Source: Henriciella sp. (GTDB lineage: Bacteria; Pseudomonadota; Alphaproteobacteria; Caulobacterales; Hyphomonadaceae). From it: 64,000 nucleotides of DNA. A program made the translations under genes and the position numbers. The notes beneath the pieces were generated by a model. That model ran no database searches. It saw only the letters and a list, made by a program, of their open reading frames with translations, and was not told where the DNA came from. This document shows, piece by piece, positions 19,239-28,764 of the stretch (positions are counted from its first letter, which is position 1; each line of letters opens with the position of its first letter). The DNA lies in the NCBI GenBank assembly GCA_041984335.1, contig JBHIYI010000008.1, positions 46,297 to 110,296 on the forward strand, given 5' to 3'.

Positions 19239-21827
19239 TCAATAAACCTCGTCCTCGATATCCGTCTGAATAACATCAGATTCCACCACTTCGCCCGTCT
19301 CAGGGTCAATCTGCGGTTCGACCGGGGTTCCTTGTCCGAAGATCGATCCATCGCCTATCCCGGACAGGCTGAGATTGTTCGTATTCTCGCTGAACGCCAT
19401 GCCTGGTTCCGTACCGGGTCGGAAGGCTTCCAAGATGATTTCATCGCTTGAGAATGTCGGCATGCCGCCGGTTTGGGCATCGACTGAGACCAATCGAACG
19501 CCCGGTGGAATGCGGAACGGCAGCGCGGGCTCGTCCGCTAGCGCACGCTCCATGAATTCAGTGAAGATGACGCCGGCAACGGCCCCGCCGCCTTCGCCTT
19601 CGCCCAGTGTGCGCGGCGTATCAAACCCGGTCCAGATCCCAACGACCAGGTCCGGAGAAAAGCCGAAGAAGAGCGCATCAATATAATCATTGGTGGTTCC
19701 GGTTTTTCCGGCGAGTGGCTTGCCAACTCGCCGCGCCCGGCGGCCGGTCCCGCGCTCGATCACGCCTTCAAGCATGTGCACCAGCTGATAGGCGATGATG
19801 GGATCGACCAGCTGCTTGCGGTCGTCTGGCAGGGTCGGTGGCTCTGATCCGTCCCAGACCTCTGAAATGCAGGTCTCGCATTCGCGTTGGTCGTGCTTGT
19901 ACAGCGTGACACCGCGGCGGTCCTGAACCCGGTCGAGCAGGGTCGGGGTGACTTCCTTGCCGCCATTCACCAGGGCTGCATAGGCTTTCGACATGCGCCA
20001 GGGCGAGGTTTCGCCCGAGCCTAGCGACATGGCCGGATAAGGCGGCAGGCGGTCATAAATTCCGAACCGCTCTGCGAACTCAGACACAGCCTCCATTCCA
20101 ATATCGGTGGCGACGCGCGCGGTGACCTGGTTGTATGACTTTTCCAACGCCACACGCATGGTCACTTCACCATAGCTGCGGCCTTCGGCGTAGTTTTCCG
20201 GCTTCCAGATCTCGTCCGTGTTCTCGTCATAATAGACATAGGGCGAGTCGAGGATGCGAACCGACGGCGTATATCCCTGCTCCAAAGCTGCCCCGTAGAC
20301 GAACGGCTTGAAGGACGAACCGGGCTGGCGCTGCGCCTGCGTGACCCGATTGAAAGGGCTTTTGAAGAAAGAGTAACCGCCCATCATTGCCAGTACGCGG
20401 CCTGTATGCGGATCCAGCGCGACGATGGCGCCTTCCAGTTCAGGAATTTGTTTGAGGATGGCCTGGCCGACAGGCACCATAATGGGTTCGACGGGGGCGA
20501 GCGCCTCGCCTTCATCATCGCTGGTGCCCTCGCGCGTCGGGGTGCTTTCTTCCACGCTCAAGGCCTGGCGGCTAACTTCGGCCAGGATGACATCGCCCGC
20601 GCGCAATCCGGTCTGACCATTGGCGCGCACAAAGGTTTTCGACCATTCCACATCCTCTGCCGGAATGCTGGTCTCGGCCCCATCGTCGAGCAGGAGCGTC
20701 GCACCGCTATCATTGATCCGGGTAATCAGTGCGCGCTCCCATGTGCCATATCCGCCTGGGCGAGTGACAGCATTTAGCTGTTCCAGCACATCATCGGCTG
20801 ACAGGTCGATGGATTGCAGCGGCCCGCGATATTCATGTCGGCGGTCATAGGTCTCGAGACCGATCTGCAGCGCTTCCTGGGCCGCGAGTTGCAGCTTTGT
20901 GTCGATCGTTGTCCGGATGGACAATCCGCCCTGCTCCAGCTCTTCTTCGCCATAAAGGTCGATCAGCTGCTTGCGGAGTTCCTGGACGAAATAGGTCGCG
21001 GCGGCATATTCCGGCCCGTAGAGGCGCTTGGTCGTGTTCAGCGGCTTGGCCTTGGCCTCATCGGCTTGTTCCTTCGTGATATAGCCATCATCGACCATCC
21101 GGTTGAGCACATAATTGCGTCTTTGCAGCACGCGCTCCGGATTGGTGTAAGGGTTCACGCGTCCGGGGAATTTCGGCAGCGAAGCCAGCACTGCCGCTTC
21201 CGACAGGTCCAGCTCAGGCAGCGATTTGTTGAAATAGTTCAGCGCCGCAGATCCAACCCCGTAAGAGCGTCCACCGAGGTAAATCTCATTCAGATAGAGC
21301 TCGATGATGTGTTCCTTGGAGAAGGCTTTCTCCATGCGCTGGGCAACAATCGCTTCTTTGGCTTTGCGCACAACGGTCTGGTCGCGCGTCAGCAGCATGT
21401 TCTTGGCCACCTGCTGCGTAATCGTCGATCCACCTTGCATGCCGCCGCTGCCGGTAATCTTGTTTTTCGCAGTGTTTATGACGCCGCGAGTCATGCCGAG
21501 ATAGTCGATGCCGCCATGCGTGAAGAAGTTTTTGTCTTCAGCGGAAACAAAGGCGTGGATTACATGTTCCGGAATGGCTTCATACGGAATGAAGACCCTG
21601 TGCTCATCGGCAAACTCGTAGATGAGTGTCCCATCCCCGGCATGTACGCGGGAGGTCACAGGCGGATTATACTCAGACAGTTTCTCGACCGATGGCACGG
21701 TCCGGCCAAGCGCGGCCATCCAGATAAAGAACGCGATAATGGCAAGTACGCCGATCGCAATGCCCGCCAACACCGTCCACAACAGGAACTTCCAGGTGAA
21801 TACACGCTGTTTGATAGCTGCCCACAT
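19239..21827 (-). CDS. mrcA: Penicillin-binding protein 1A (class A PBP)
   Basis: TG motifs SAEDKNF.THGG and GGSTITQQVAKN. TP motifs GSSFK, SYN and KTG. Confidence 0.96.
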   Translation of the reverse strand: MWAAIKQRVFTWKFLLWTVLAGIAIGVLAIIAFFIWMAALGRTVPSVEKLSEYNPPVTSRVHAGDGTLIYEFADEHRVFIPYEAIPEHVIHAFVSAEDKNFFTHGGIDYLGMTRGVINTAKNKITGSGGMQGGSTITQQVAKNMLLTRDQTVVRKAKEAIVAQRMEKAFSKEHIIELYLNEIYLGGRSYGVGSAALNYFNKSLPELDLSEAAVLASLPKFPGRVNPYTNPERVLQRRNYVLNRMVDDGYITKEQADEAKAKPLNTTKRLYGPEYAAATYFVQELRKQLIDLYGEEELEQGGLSIRTTIDTKLQLAAQEALQIGLETYDRRHEYRGPLQSIDLSADDVLEQLNAVTRPGGYGTWERALITRINDSGATLLLDDGAETSIPAEDVEWSKTFVRANGQTGLRAGDVILAEVSRQALSVEESTPTREGTSDDEGEALAPVEPIMVPVGQAILKQIPELEGAIVALDPHTGRVLAMMGGYSFFKSPFNRVTQAQRQPGSSFKPFVYGAALEQGYTPSVRILDSPYVYYDENTDEIWKPENYAEGRSYGEVTMRVALEKSYNQVTARVATDIGMEAVSEFAERFGIYDRLPPYPAMSLGSGETSPWRMSKAYAALVNGGKEVTPTLLDRVQDRRGVTLYKHDQRECETCISEVWDGSEPPTLPDDRKQLVDPIIAYQLVHMLEGVIERGTGRRARRVGKPLAGKTGTTNDYIDALFFGFSPDLVVGIWTGFDTPRTLGEGEGGGAVAGVIFTEFMERALADEPALPFRIPPGVRLVSVDAQTGGMPTFSSDEIILEAFRPGTEPGMAFSENTNNLSLSGIGDGSIFGQGTPVEPQIDPETGEVVESDVIQTDIEDEVY

Positions 21828-21918
21828 GCTGCAAGGACCTCATAATTCTTCTGCGCGGTGAATCACACGCTAACGGGGCAAGACTAAGGCGCTTCTGCAG
21901 TGCCGAAAAGGCGTGCCA

Positions 21919-23172
21919 TCAGTTTGTTGCCAAGATTAAATCCTGACGATCGAAATAGGCATCAATGGCGCGCTTGATGGCTTCGGCGGATTTGCGTCGT
22001 CCGCGTTCCGATTTGAGGCGTCTTGCATCGTCGCGATTGGTCAGGAAGCCAATCTCGACCAGCACGGCCGGGACATCAGGCGCGAGCAGCACGAACAGGT
22101 TCCCCTGGCGGTGGGAATTGCGCACGAGCGGCCCTGCCTTGCCGAGTTCTGGCACCAGGAATTCCGCAAAAATCGAAGAGTTGGACTTGGTTTCCCGAAG
22201 CGTCAGGTCCTGCAAAATGTTGGACACTTCAATCGAGGTGCCGTCCTCTATGGGAAGATCCCAGCCAAACTTTTTGGCTGTACCCTCAATGCGCGCCTCT
22301 CCCCGCGTCGATATCGTATAGACCGAAGCGCCTGAAACGGTGGGCGCGCCGGCTGCATCTGCGTGCACAGAGATAAACAGATCCGCCCCCCAGTTACGCG
22401 CCATCGTGACGCGATCTTCGTGCTCGATATAGACATCTGTCTCGCGCGTGAGTTTCACCACGTATCGCGGATCCTGCTCGATCATCTGCTTCAGCTTCAG
22501 AGATGTTTTCAGAACGATGTCGCTTTCTTTTCCGCCGATAATCGCGAGCGCGCCGGGGTCGCGACCGCCATGCCCTGGATCGATAACGATCACGCGGCGC
22601 TGGCGGGCAGCCATCTGCATCAGGGCGCCAATGCTAGCGGGTTTGGAGGATGGCGCTTCCGGTCGAATCTCCGGGACGAAATCCGCGACTTGAGTCGGGG
22701 CGGGCGGCTCGGACTCGCCGCGGCGGATGGCTTCGAACCGGGCAAAGCGACTTTCATCGCGGCGGGCTGCATTTCTGAACCGGGCCTCAGATACGCCGCT
22801 AAGGTCAAGAATGAAGCGGTACAATTGTTCTGATCCCGATGGCGGCAGGTCAATCTCGCGCATGATCATCATCGGGCGATCGAGCTCGAACACGATCCGG
22901 TCGCTATCCAGCGTATAGGCAAATATCCCGCCTGTCGGTTCGGAATAGAATGGCTGCGCGGACAGTTCAAACCGATCCGGCACCATCTCTATGACCATGC
23001 CGTCGATTGTCTCTCTCAGGAATATATCTGGCCGGATGGCTGTTTCTGACGTGATGGTGATTCGGGTGAACTCACCGTCGCCTGCAATGCCGATGGATTG
23101 CACCTGCGCCGCCCCGGTGGCGGCAAGCCAGGCCGACATAAAAAACAGACAAATGACCTTCACCGAATGCAT
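21919..23172 (-). CDS. amiC: N-acetylmuramoyl-L-alanine amidase (AmiC-like)
   Basis: IVIDPGHGG.DPG, E, SVHAD and VLVEIGF.TN Amidase_3 motifs. Signal peptide when started at 23172. Confidence 0.92.
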   Translation of the reverse strand: MHSVKVICLFFMSAWLAATGAAQVQSIGIAGDGEFTRITITSETAIRPDIFLRETIDGMVIEMVPDRFELSAQPFYSEPTGGIFAYTLDSDRIVFELDRPMMIMREIDLPPSGSEQLYRFILDLSGVSEARFRNAARRDESRFARFEAIRRGESEPPAPTQVADFVPEIRPEAPSSKPASIGALMQMAARQRRVIVIDPGHGGRDPGALAIIGGKESDIVLKTSLKLKQMIEQDPRYVVKLTRETDVYIEHEDRVTMARNWGADLFISVHADAAGAPTVSGASVYTISTRGEARIEGTAKKFGWDLPIEDGTSIEVSNILQDLTLRETKSNSSIFAEFLVPELGKAGPLVRNSHRQGNLFVLLAPDVPAVLVEIGFLTNRDDARRLKSERGRRKSAEAIKRAIDAYFDRQDLILATN

Positions 23173-23244
23173 CAATCGTATTCGCTCTAACGGCACCGCC
23201 CCGGTGCGTTCTTATCCCAGTGCACAGGTTTATTCTATCCAGTC

Positions 23245-23260
23245 TTAATCACAGATTTAC
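23245..23260. promoter_or_regulatory. Putative CtrA box in the amiC/rne divergent region
   Basis: TTAA-TCACAGA-TTTAC, one mismatch to TTAA-N7-TTAAC. Confidence 0.45.
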
Positions 23261-23589
23261 CGAAGTGCAGGTAATATTCATCCGTTCCCCCGCATTTTTG
23301 CCCTTTTAATTCAAGATCAGAAGGGGCATGTAGGAAACAACCCCAGATGGGGCCCGAACAGAATCCCCGAAAGGCGGGTGAACAGGCTTAGTCCCCTGCA
23401 CCATCGCCGAGACCGGAACGGATAAAATGAGCTTACAGGCCGCTACAACCAAGACCGAGAGCCGCTCTTTTGAAAGAGCAGGCCGGGCTGGTCGACTGCC
23501 TGTCCCTGATAACACATTCACTGGCGCGTTTCGCCATCGCCTGCACCGATTGCGGGCCTTAGCGCCGCCAGACTGCAAGGCAGTTTACA

Positions 23590-26181
23590 ATGAGCAAACT
23601 TATGCTGATCGACGCGGTCCACCAGGAAGAGACCCGTGTCGCCCTCGTCAACAATGGTCGTGTCGAAGACTTTGATTTTGAAACAACCGGAAGCGAACAA
23701 TTAAGAGGCAATATCTATCTCGCGAAAGTCACGCGAGTAGAACCGTCTCTGCAGGCCTGCTTCGTCGAATATGGCGGCAATCGCCACGGCTTCCTCGCAT
23801 TCAGCGAAATCCATCCTGACTATTACCAGCTGCCGCAAGCGGATCGCGAAGCGCTACTGGAAGAAGCAGCGCGCGAGGCCGAAGCCGCCGCCGACGAAGA
23901 TCCCGACGAAGATGACGGAGACGAGGCCGGCGTCGACGAAGAAGACTCAACCAATGACACAGATGACGAGGCCGACGATACGGGCGACGATTCTGATCAG
24001 GAGGTTGAAGCATCTGACTCAGATGACGGTGATGAAAGCGATGATGACGCAAAGAAAAAGGCGAAGGCAAAGCCAGCGCGTCGCCAACGTAGTCCTCGCA
24101 AGTCTCGTGGGACGTCCATCACGCGCCGCTACAAGATCCAGGAAGTCATCCGCCGCCGGCAGGTCCTTCTGGTCCAGGTGGTCAAGGAAGAACGCGGCAA
24201 TAAAGGCGCGGCCCTGACAACCTATCTGTCACTGGCGGGTCGCTATTCGGTCCTGATGCCAAATACACCGCGCGGCGGTGGTATTTCGCGCAAGATCCCA
24301 AACGGCAATGACCGCAAGCGTCTGAAAACCGTCATGGATGGCCTGCAAGTGCCAAAAGGCATGGGCCTGATCGTTCGGACCGCTGGTGCCAAACGCACCA
24401 AATCAGAAATCCGCCGCGACTATGATTATCTCCAGAAACTCTGGTCGAATATCCGCGCCAAGACATTGGAATCTGTCGCCCCTGCCCTGATCCATGAAGA
24501 AGGCGGGCTCGTTCATCGCGCCATGCGCGACATGTTTGATCGGGAGATTTCCGAAGTCGTCGTCCAGGGCGACCGCGCCTATCGCGAAGCCAAGGATCTC
24601 GCCAAGACCCTGATGCCGACCCAGGCGAAGAAAGTTAAACGCTGGACCGCTCAGGCCCCGCTCTTCGTCAAGGAAAACGTGGAGGACCAGCTCGATTCGA
24701 TCTTCTCGCCGGTCGTTCAGATGAAGTCTGGTGGCTACCTCGTGATCAACCAGACCGAAGCACTGGTCGCCATCGACGTGAACTCGGGCAAATCGACTCG
24801 TGAGCGCAATATCGAGCAGACCGCCCTGCATACCAATCTCGAAGCAGCCGAAGAAGCTTGCCGACAGATGCGCCTGCGCGATCTGGCGGGACTCATCGTC
24901 ATCGATTTCATCGATATGGACGAGAACAAGAATAACCGCGCCGTTGAAAAGAAAATGAAAGAGGCGCTGAAACTTGACCGCGCCCGCGTTCAGAACAATC
25001 GCATCTCGCAATTCGGTCTGATGGAAATCTCGCGCCAGCGCCGTCGTGCAGGCGTCCTGCAAGCAACATCTGCAAAATGCGAGTCCTGCGACGGGACGGG
25101 TCGGCGTCGGTCGACCTCCTCTGCCGCTCTGCAACTCATCCGCGCCATTGAAGCGCGGGCAGCTGGCGGCGGTCTTCGCGGCATGACCGTGACGGCGCCA
25201 ACAGATGTCGCGCTTTACCTGCTCAATTCCAAGCGCGATTCGATCTCGGCCATTGAGGAAGAAGCTGGTTTTACCATCGCGATAAAATCTTCCGGTGCAA
25301 TGATCCCCGGCGATTTCGAGCTCGACGCAGACAAGGGGTCAGGGGGACGGCGAAGACGCAAGAAATTCAATCGCGAAGAGTTCCTTGAAGGCGATGCAGA
25401 CGATCATTTGCTGCCGGATTCTGACGCGGATGAAGACGAGGCCGAGGACGAAGTTGAAGCGGCCACCACCGATGATGCTGGTGAAGACGATGGCGGACGC
25501 AAGAAACGTCGCCGCCGCGGTCGCCGCGGAGGACGTCGTCGCCGCAAGGATGGCGAAGCCATGGATCCCGGCGCGCCGCCTTCAGATGGTGGGGCGCTGC
25601 TCGATGGCTTGGCCGTATCCATCTCTAACCTCCTGGGCGATCAACCCGATGATCTGCCGGAAGCGAGCGAAGGCGGGCTGGATGCCAAGCCTGTTGCCAT
25701 GCCCGAAGCGCGATCTGGCGGATCCGACAACGACAATAGCGAGTCCACGACAAAGGAGTCTGACTCCGAAGACGAACCCAAAGAAGGCAAGAAACGTCGC
25801 CGCCGCCGTCGACGCAAACGCCGCGGCGATGACGAAAGCACGCCGGAATCAGCTGATGCTGCCGAAACTGGGGATTCCGACGGTAAAGCTGATACTCCCA
25901 AGGAGAGCGAGGCGCCTGAGGACAAGCAACCTGTCAAGGCCACCGAATCGCAGCCTGCGTCCGAGCCTGCTCCAGAACCAGCGCCTGAGCCTGAGCCCGA
26001 GCCTGAGCCACAACCTGAACCCAAGACAGAAGCCGAAGAACCAACCGAATCCGACGCCGCACAAGAGCCAGCGCCCGAGCCGGAACTCGTTTCTGAAACC
26101 GTGGAGCGAAAAACCACTGAACCGGTTCTCGAGACCACGACCGAGCCGACAAAGAAAAAGCGCGGTTGGTGGTCGCGATAG
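23590..26181 (+). CDS. rne: Ribonuclease E
   Basis: GNIYLAKV.RVEPSLQACFV, QVVKEERGNKGAALTT, IDVNSG, GLIVIDFIDM, Zn-link CESCDGTG, disordered C-terminus ending GWWSR. Confidence 0.97.
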   Translation: MSKLMLIDAVHQEETRVALVNNGRVEDFDFETTGSEQLRGNIYLAKVTRVEPSLQACFVEYGGNRHGFLAFSEIHPDYYQLPQADREALLEEAAREAEAAADEDPDEDDGDEAGVDEEDSTNDTDDEADDTGDDSDQEVEASDSDDGDESDDDAKKKAKAKPARRQRSPRKSRGTSITRRYKIQEVIRRRQVLLVQVVKEERGNKGAALTTYLSLAGRYSVLMPNTPRGGGISRKIPNGNDRKRLKTVMDGLQVPKGMGLIVRTAGAKRTKSEIRRDYDYLQKLWSNIRAKTLESVAPALIHEEGGLVHRAMRDMFDREISEVVVQGDRAYREAKDLAKTLMPTQAKKVKRWTAQAPLFVKENVEDQLDSIFSPVVQMKSGGYLVINQTEALVAIDVNSGKSTRERNIEQTALHTNLEAAEEACRQMRLRDLAGLIVIDFIDMDENKNNRAVEKKMKEALKLDRARVQNNRISQFGLMEISRQRRRAGVLQATSAKCESCDGTGRRRSTSSAALQLIRAIEARAAGGGLRGMTVTAPTDVALYLLNSKRDSISAIEEEAGFTIAIKSSGAMIPGDFELDADKGSGGRRRRKKFNREEFLEGDADDHLLPDSDADEDEAEDEVEAATTDDAGEDDGGRKKRRRRGRRGGRRRRKDGEAMDPGAPPSDGGALLDGLAVSISNLLGDQPDDLPEASEGGLDAKPVAMPEARSGGSDNDNSESTTKESDSEDEPKEGKKRRRRRRRKRRGDDESTPESADAAETGDSDGKADTPKESEAPEDKQPVKATESQPASEPAPEPAPEPEPEPEPQPEPKTEAEEPTESDAAQEPAPEPELVSETVERKTTEPVLETTTEPTKKKRGWWSR
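25957..26025 (+). repeat. Glu-Pro repeat tract in the RNase E C-terminal region
   Basis: Encodes ASEPAPEPAPEPEPEPEPQPEPK. Confidence 0.8.
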
Positions 26182-26192
26182 ACCGAAAAACT

Positions 26193-26233
26193 CTACAGTT
26201 CGAGGTCAGAATTTTTCTTGACCCCGAGCTGTG
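26193..26233 (+). terminator. Possible hairpin/terminator after rne
   Basis: ACAGTTCGAGGTCA...TGACCCCGAGCTGT imperfect stem with no clean U tract. Confidence 0.35.
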
Positions 26234-26365
26234 GAAATCCTATGTGCGCCGCTGACAAGTAAGCGAACCACGACGAGCTGTTTTTGGCTGTCAGTACGGG
26301 GGAGCCCAACTGTCTTCACTTTCAATGTCGGTTTAGGGCCGATCTTGCTTTGCGAGGATACTTGG

Positions 26366-26515
26366 ATGACTCATCCCCTGAAGGGCGCTTGTCCCTCTAT
26401 TCCGATCCGTCCGATCAAACGCCTGGATGTCGCGTTTGATACGACCACCGTCTACAGGACCTTTGCCAAGGACGCCGATTACATGGCAGCCGTGGCTGAA
26501 CTTATAAGGGCGTAG
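26366..26515 (+). CDS. Candidate 49-aa upstream ORF / leader peptide of speF
   Basis: GAGGA SD 7 nt before ATG 26366. MTHPLKGACPSIPIRPIKRLDVAFDTTTVYRTFAKDADYMAAVAELIRA*. No homology evidence. Confidence 0.35.
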   Translation: MTHPLKGACPSIPIRPIKRLDVAFDTTTVYRTFAKDADYMAAVAELIRA

Positions 26516-26600
26516 CGGGCCACTTGCCCGCCAATTCCGACTGAGCCGGGTACGCCTTTTCAGGTCGTATCTGACACTTTCGAACGTTTCGTGCGTTCGC
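26465..26600 (+). ncRNA. speF-type alphaproteobacterial cis-regulatory leader RNA
   Basis: Directly upstream of the ornithine decarboxylase. Contains GCGGGC-CACTT-GCCCGC, CCCGCCAATTCCGACTGAGCCGGGTACGCCTTTTCAGGTCGTAT and CGAACG-N7-CGTTCG. Resembles the speF motif from memory; boundaries approximate. Confidence 0.6.
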
Positions 26601-26618
26601 AATTCGGACCCTTAAACC

Positions 26619-27806
26619 ATGTTCAATCAAACCTCTTCGCGCCTGGCGCAACCTGCCATTCTTCCTGACTTTGACCGTCCGTTCGGTCTGCCCGCATTCA
26701 ACTCGGTTGCGGATGTGATCGATGCCTATGACGGCGATGACGCGATCTATGTCCTCTATCCGAAACGGATTGAGGCTGCCGCGCATCTGTTCCTGGAAGG
26801 CTTTCCGGGCACCTCCATCTATGCCGTCAAAGCCAACCCGCACCCAACCGTTCTGAAAACCCTCTGGGCCTCAGGCCTGCGCGGATTTGATGTCGCCTCT
26901 ATTCGCGAGATCGATCTGGCGCGCGCCGCGTGTCCCGACGCAGAACTCTTCCTGATGCATCCGGTGAAATCCCGCCGCACAATCCGCCATGCCTACGCTG
27001 CCGGTGTCCGTCATTTTGCCTTCGACTGCGCCGCCGAGCTCGGCAAGATCCTGGTCGAGACCAATGATGCAGACGACCTGCATCTGCACCTGCGCCTGGC
27101 ACTCCCAAGCGGCGGATCTGCCAGTATGCCGCTTGAAGGCAAATATGGCGCGACCTATCGCGACGCTGTCGACTTGCTACGCGCGGCGCGGCCGGTCGCG
27201 GCAAAGCTTGGCGTCTGCTTCCATGTCGGCAGCCAGTGCATGGATCCGGCGGATTATATCAAGGCGCTTTCCTATGCGCACGGATTGCTGGAAACCGCTG
27301 ATATCCGGATTGACAGCCTCGACTGCGGCGGCGGCTTCCCAGTCGCCTATCCAGGCCTGACACCCCCGCCCATGCAAGCCTATTTCGATCGCATTCGCAA
27401 AGGCCTGAAAATCTTTGGCTTTGAGTCGCTCGAGATTATCGGCGAGCCTGGCCGCGCCCTGTGCGGCGAGGGCGGTTCGACACTGGCACGGGTGGAGCTG
27501 CGCAAAGGCGGCGACCTGTACCTGAATGAAGGCTCTTACGGTTCCTTGTTCGATGCGGCGCAATGCGGCTGGAAATATCCTGTGAAGCTGCACCGGGCAG
27601 GCGAGACATCGACCGATACAGAGGACTTCCGTTTCTTTGGTCCGACCTGCGACAGCATGGATACAATGGCGGGCCCATTCCAGCTTCCTGCTGACACCCA
27701 TGAGGGCGATTGGATCGAAATTTGCCACCTCGGCGCCTATGGACAGGCCCTGGCGACAAACTTTAACGGCTTCCAATCTGAAACGACTGTCGCCGTCCTG
27801 GGCTAA
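26619..27806 (+). CDS. speF: Ornithine/lysine decarboxylase, type III PLP fold (group IV)
   Basis: YAVKANP (PLP Lys), FDVAS, FHVGSQ, GGGFP, EPGR and FFGPTCDSMD. Confidence 0.9.
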   Translation: MFNQTSSRLAQPAILPDFDRPFGLPAFNSVADVIDAYDGDDAIYVLYPKRIEAAAHLFLEGFPGTSIYAVKANPHPTVLKTLWASGLRGFDVASIREIDLARAACPDAELFLMHPVKSRRTIRHAYAAGVRHFAFDCAAELGKILVETNDADDLHLHLRLALPSGGSASMPLEGKYGATYRDAVDLLRAARPVAAKLGVCFHVGSQCMDPADYIKALSYAHGLLETADIRIDSLDCGGGFPVAYPGLTPPPMQAYFDRIRKGLKIFGFESLEIIGEPGRALCGEGGSTLARVELRKGGDLYLNEGSYGSLFDAAQCGWKYPVKLHRAGETSTDTEDFRFFGPTCDSMDTMAGPFQLPADTHEGDWIEICHLGAYGQALATNFNGFQSETTVAVLG

Positions 27807-27855
27807 GCCGCGCCTGGGCATGGACACCCGTATATTAAAATGAGAGTCAGAGGAG

Positions 27856-28764
27856 ATGCGAACATCTCTTCTGGCTCTCATCATATCTCTTTCCAGCACG
27901 GCATGCACGCACGCGGCGACGCCAGCAGCGGAACTAGAGGCCTGCAGCCTCGCGGCGCAAGGTGAAAGCGCGCTTTCGGCATGGCGGGACGCAGGCTTTG
28001 AAACCGAATCTCCAGACCAGACGGCGATCGAACTCGCCGCCTGCCTCGCAGCGCCAGATCCGTTCCTGCGCGATCGGATTGGCTATGAGGGACTGACCGC
28101 GACCCTGCGCGCGGGCGAGGTTTCCTCGGAAACGCGCCGCGACTTGATCGCCGCGCTCGCGACCGCCCTGGCGCAAGAGGATGCGGCAGGCTTCTACGCG
28201 CCCTTCGCTGCGCTCGCCCTGTCCGAACTTGCCCGCACCGACCGCGTTGAGGCCTTCCTGAGCGCAGAAGAACGCACTGATCTCGCGGCAATGGCCGCCG
28301 CCTATCTCGAAGGTGTGCGCGACTACCGCGCATACTCCGACACAGAAGGCTGGCGCCACGGTGTCGCGCATGGCGCCGACTTTGCCATGCAGCTCTCGCT
28401 CAATCCGAACCTGGACACACGCTCGCTTCTCACGATGAGAGACGCGATTACCGCGCAAATCAGCCAGCAGTCCGAACACGCCTTCACACTTGGCGAGCCG
28501 GAACGTCTGGCGCGGCCCATCCTGTTCATGGCCATGCGAGGCGACATCGAGCCTGAGAACTGGAGCGCATGGTTCAGCGAACTGGCAGATCCTGCGCCGC
28601 TCAATGATTGGAACGACGCTTTCTCGTCGGAAGCTGCGCTTGTCCGCCTGCACAATGTAAAAAGCTTCGCCCAGTCGCTCTATGTGAACGCAAGTCTGAG
28701 TGAAAACCCGAATCTGGAACCCATCGCTGAAGGGGCGTTGGACGTCCTGAAAGCGCTGCCTTAA
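27856..28764 (+). CDS. DUF2785 domain protein with export signal
   Basis: DPFLRDRIGYE, DYRAYS.TEGWRHGVAHGADF and GEPERLAR. Hydrophobic N-terminus. Confidence 0.8.
   Translation: MRTSLLALIISLSSTACTHAATPAAELEACSLAAQGESALSAWRDAGFETESPDQTAIELAACLAAPDPFLRDRIGYEGLTATLRAGEVSSETRRDLIAALATALAQEDAAGFYAPFAALALSELARTDRVEAFLSAEERTDLAAMAAAYLEGVRDYRAYSDTEGWRHGVAHGADFAMQLSLNPNLDTRSLLTMRDAITAQISQQSEHAFTLGEPERLARPILFMAMRGDIEPENWSAWFSELADPAPLNDWNDAFSSEAALVRLHNVKSFAQSLYVNASLSENPNLEPIAEGALDVLKALP

Noticed and set aside
20814-21845. 343-aa plus-strand ORF
   Set aside because: Antisense shadow of PBP1A, typical of high-GC codon bias; no motifs.
23870-24120. Long acidic insertion in the RNase E catalytic region
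   Set aside because: An acidic S1-domain insertion is a common feature of alphaproteobacterial RNase E.
25385-26221. 278-aa alternative-frame ORF within rne
   Set aside because: Product of low-complexity GC-rich sequence with no recognisable domain.
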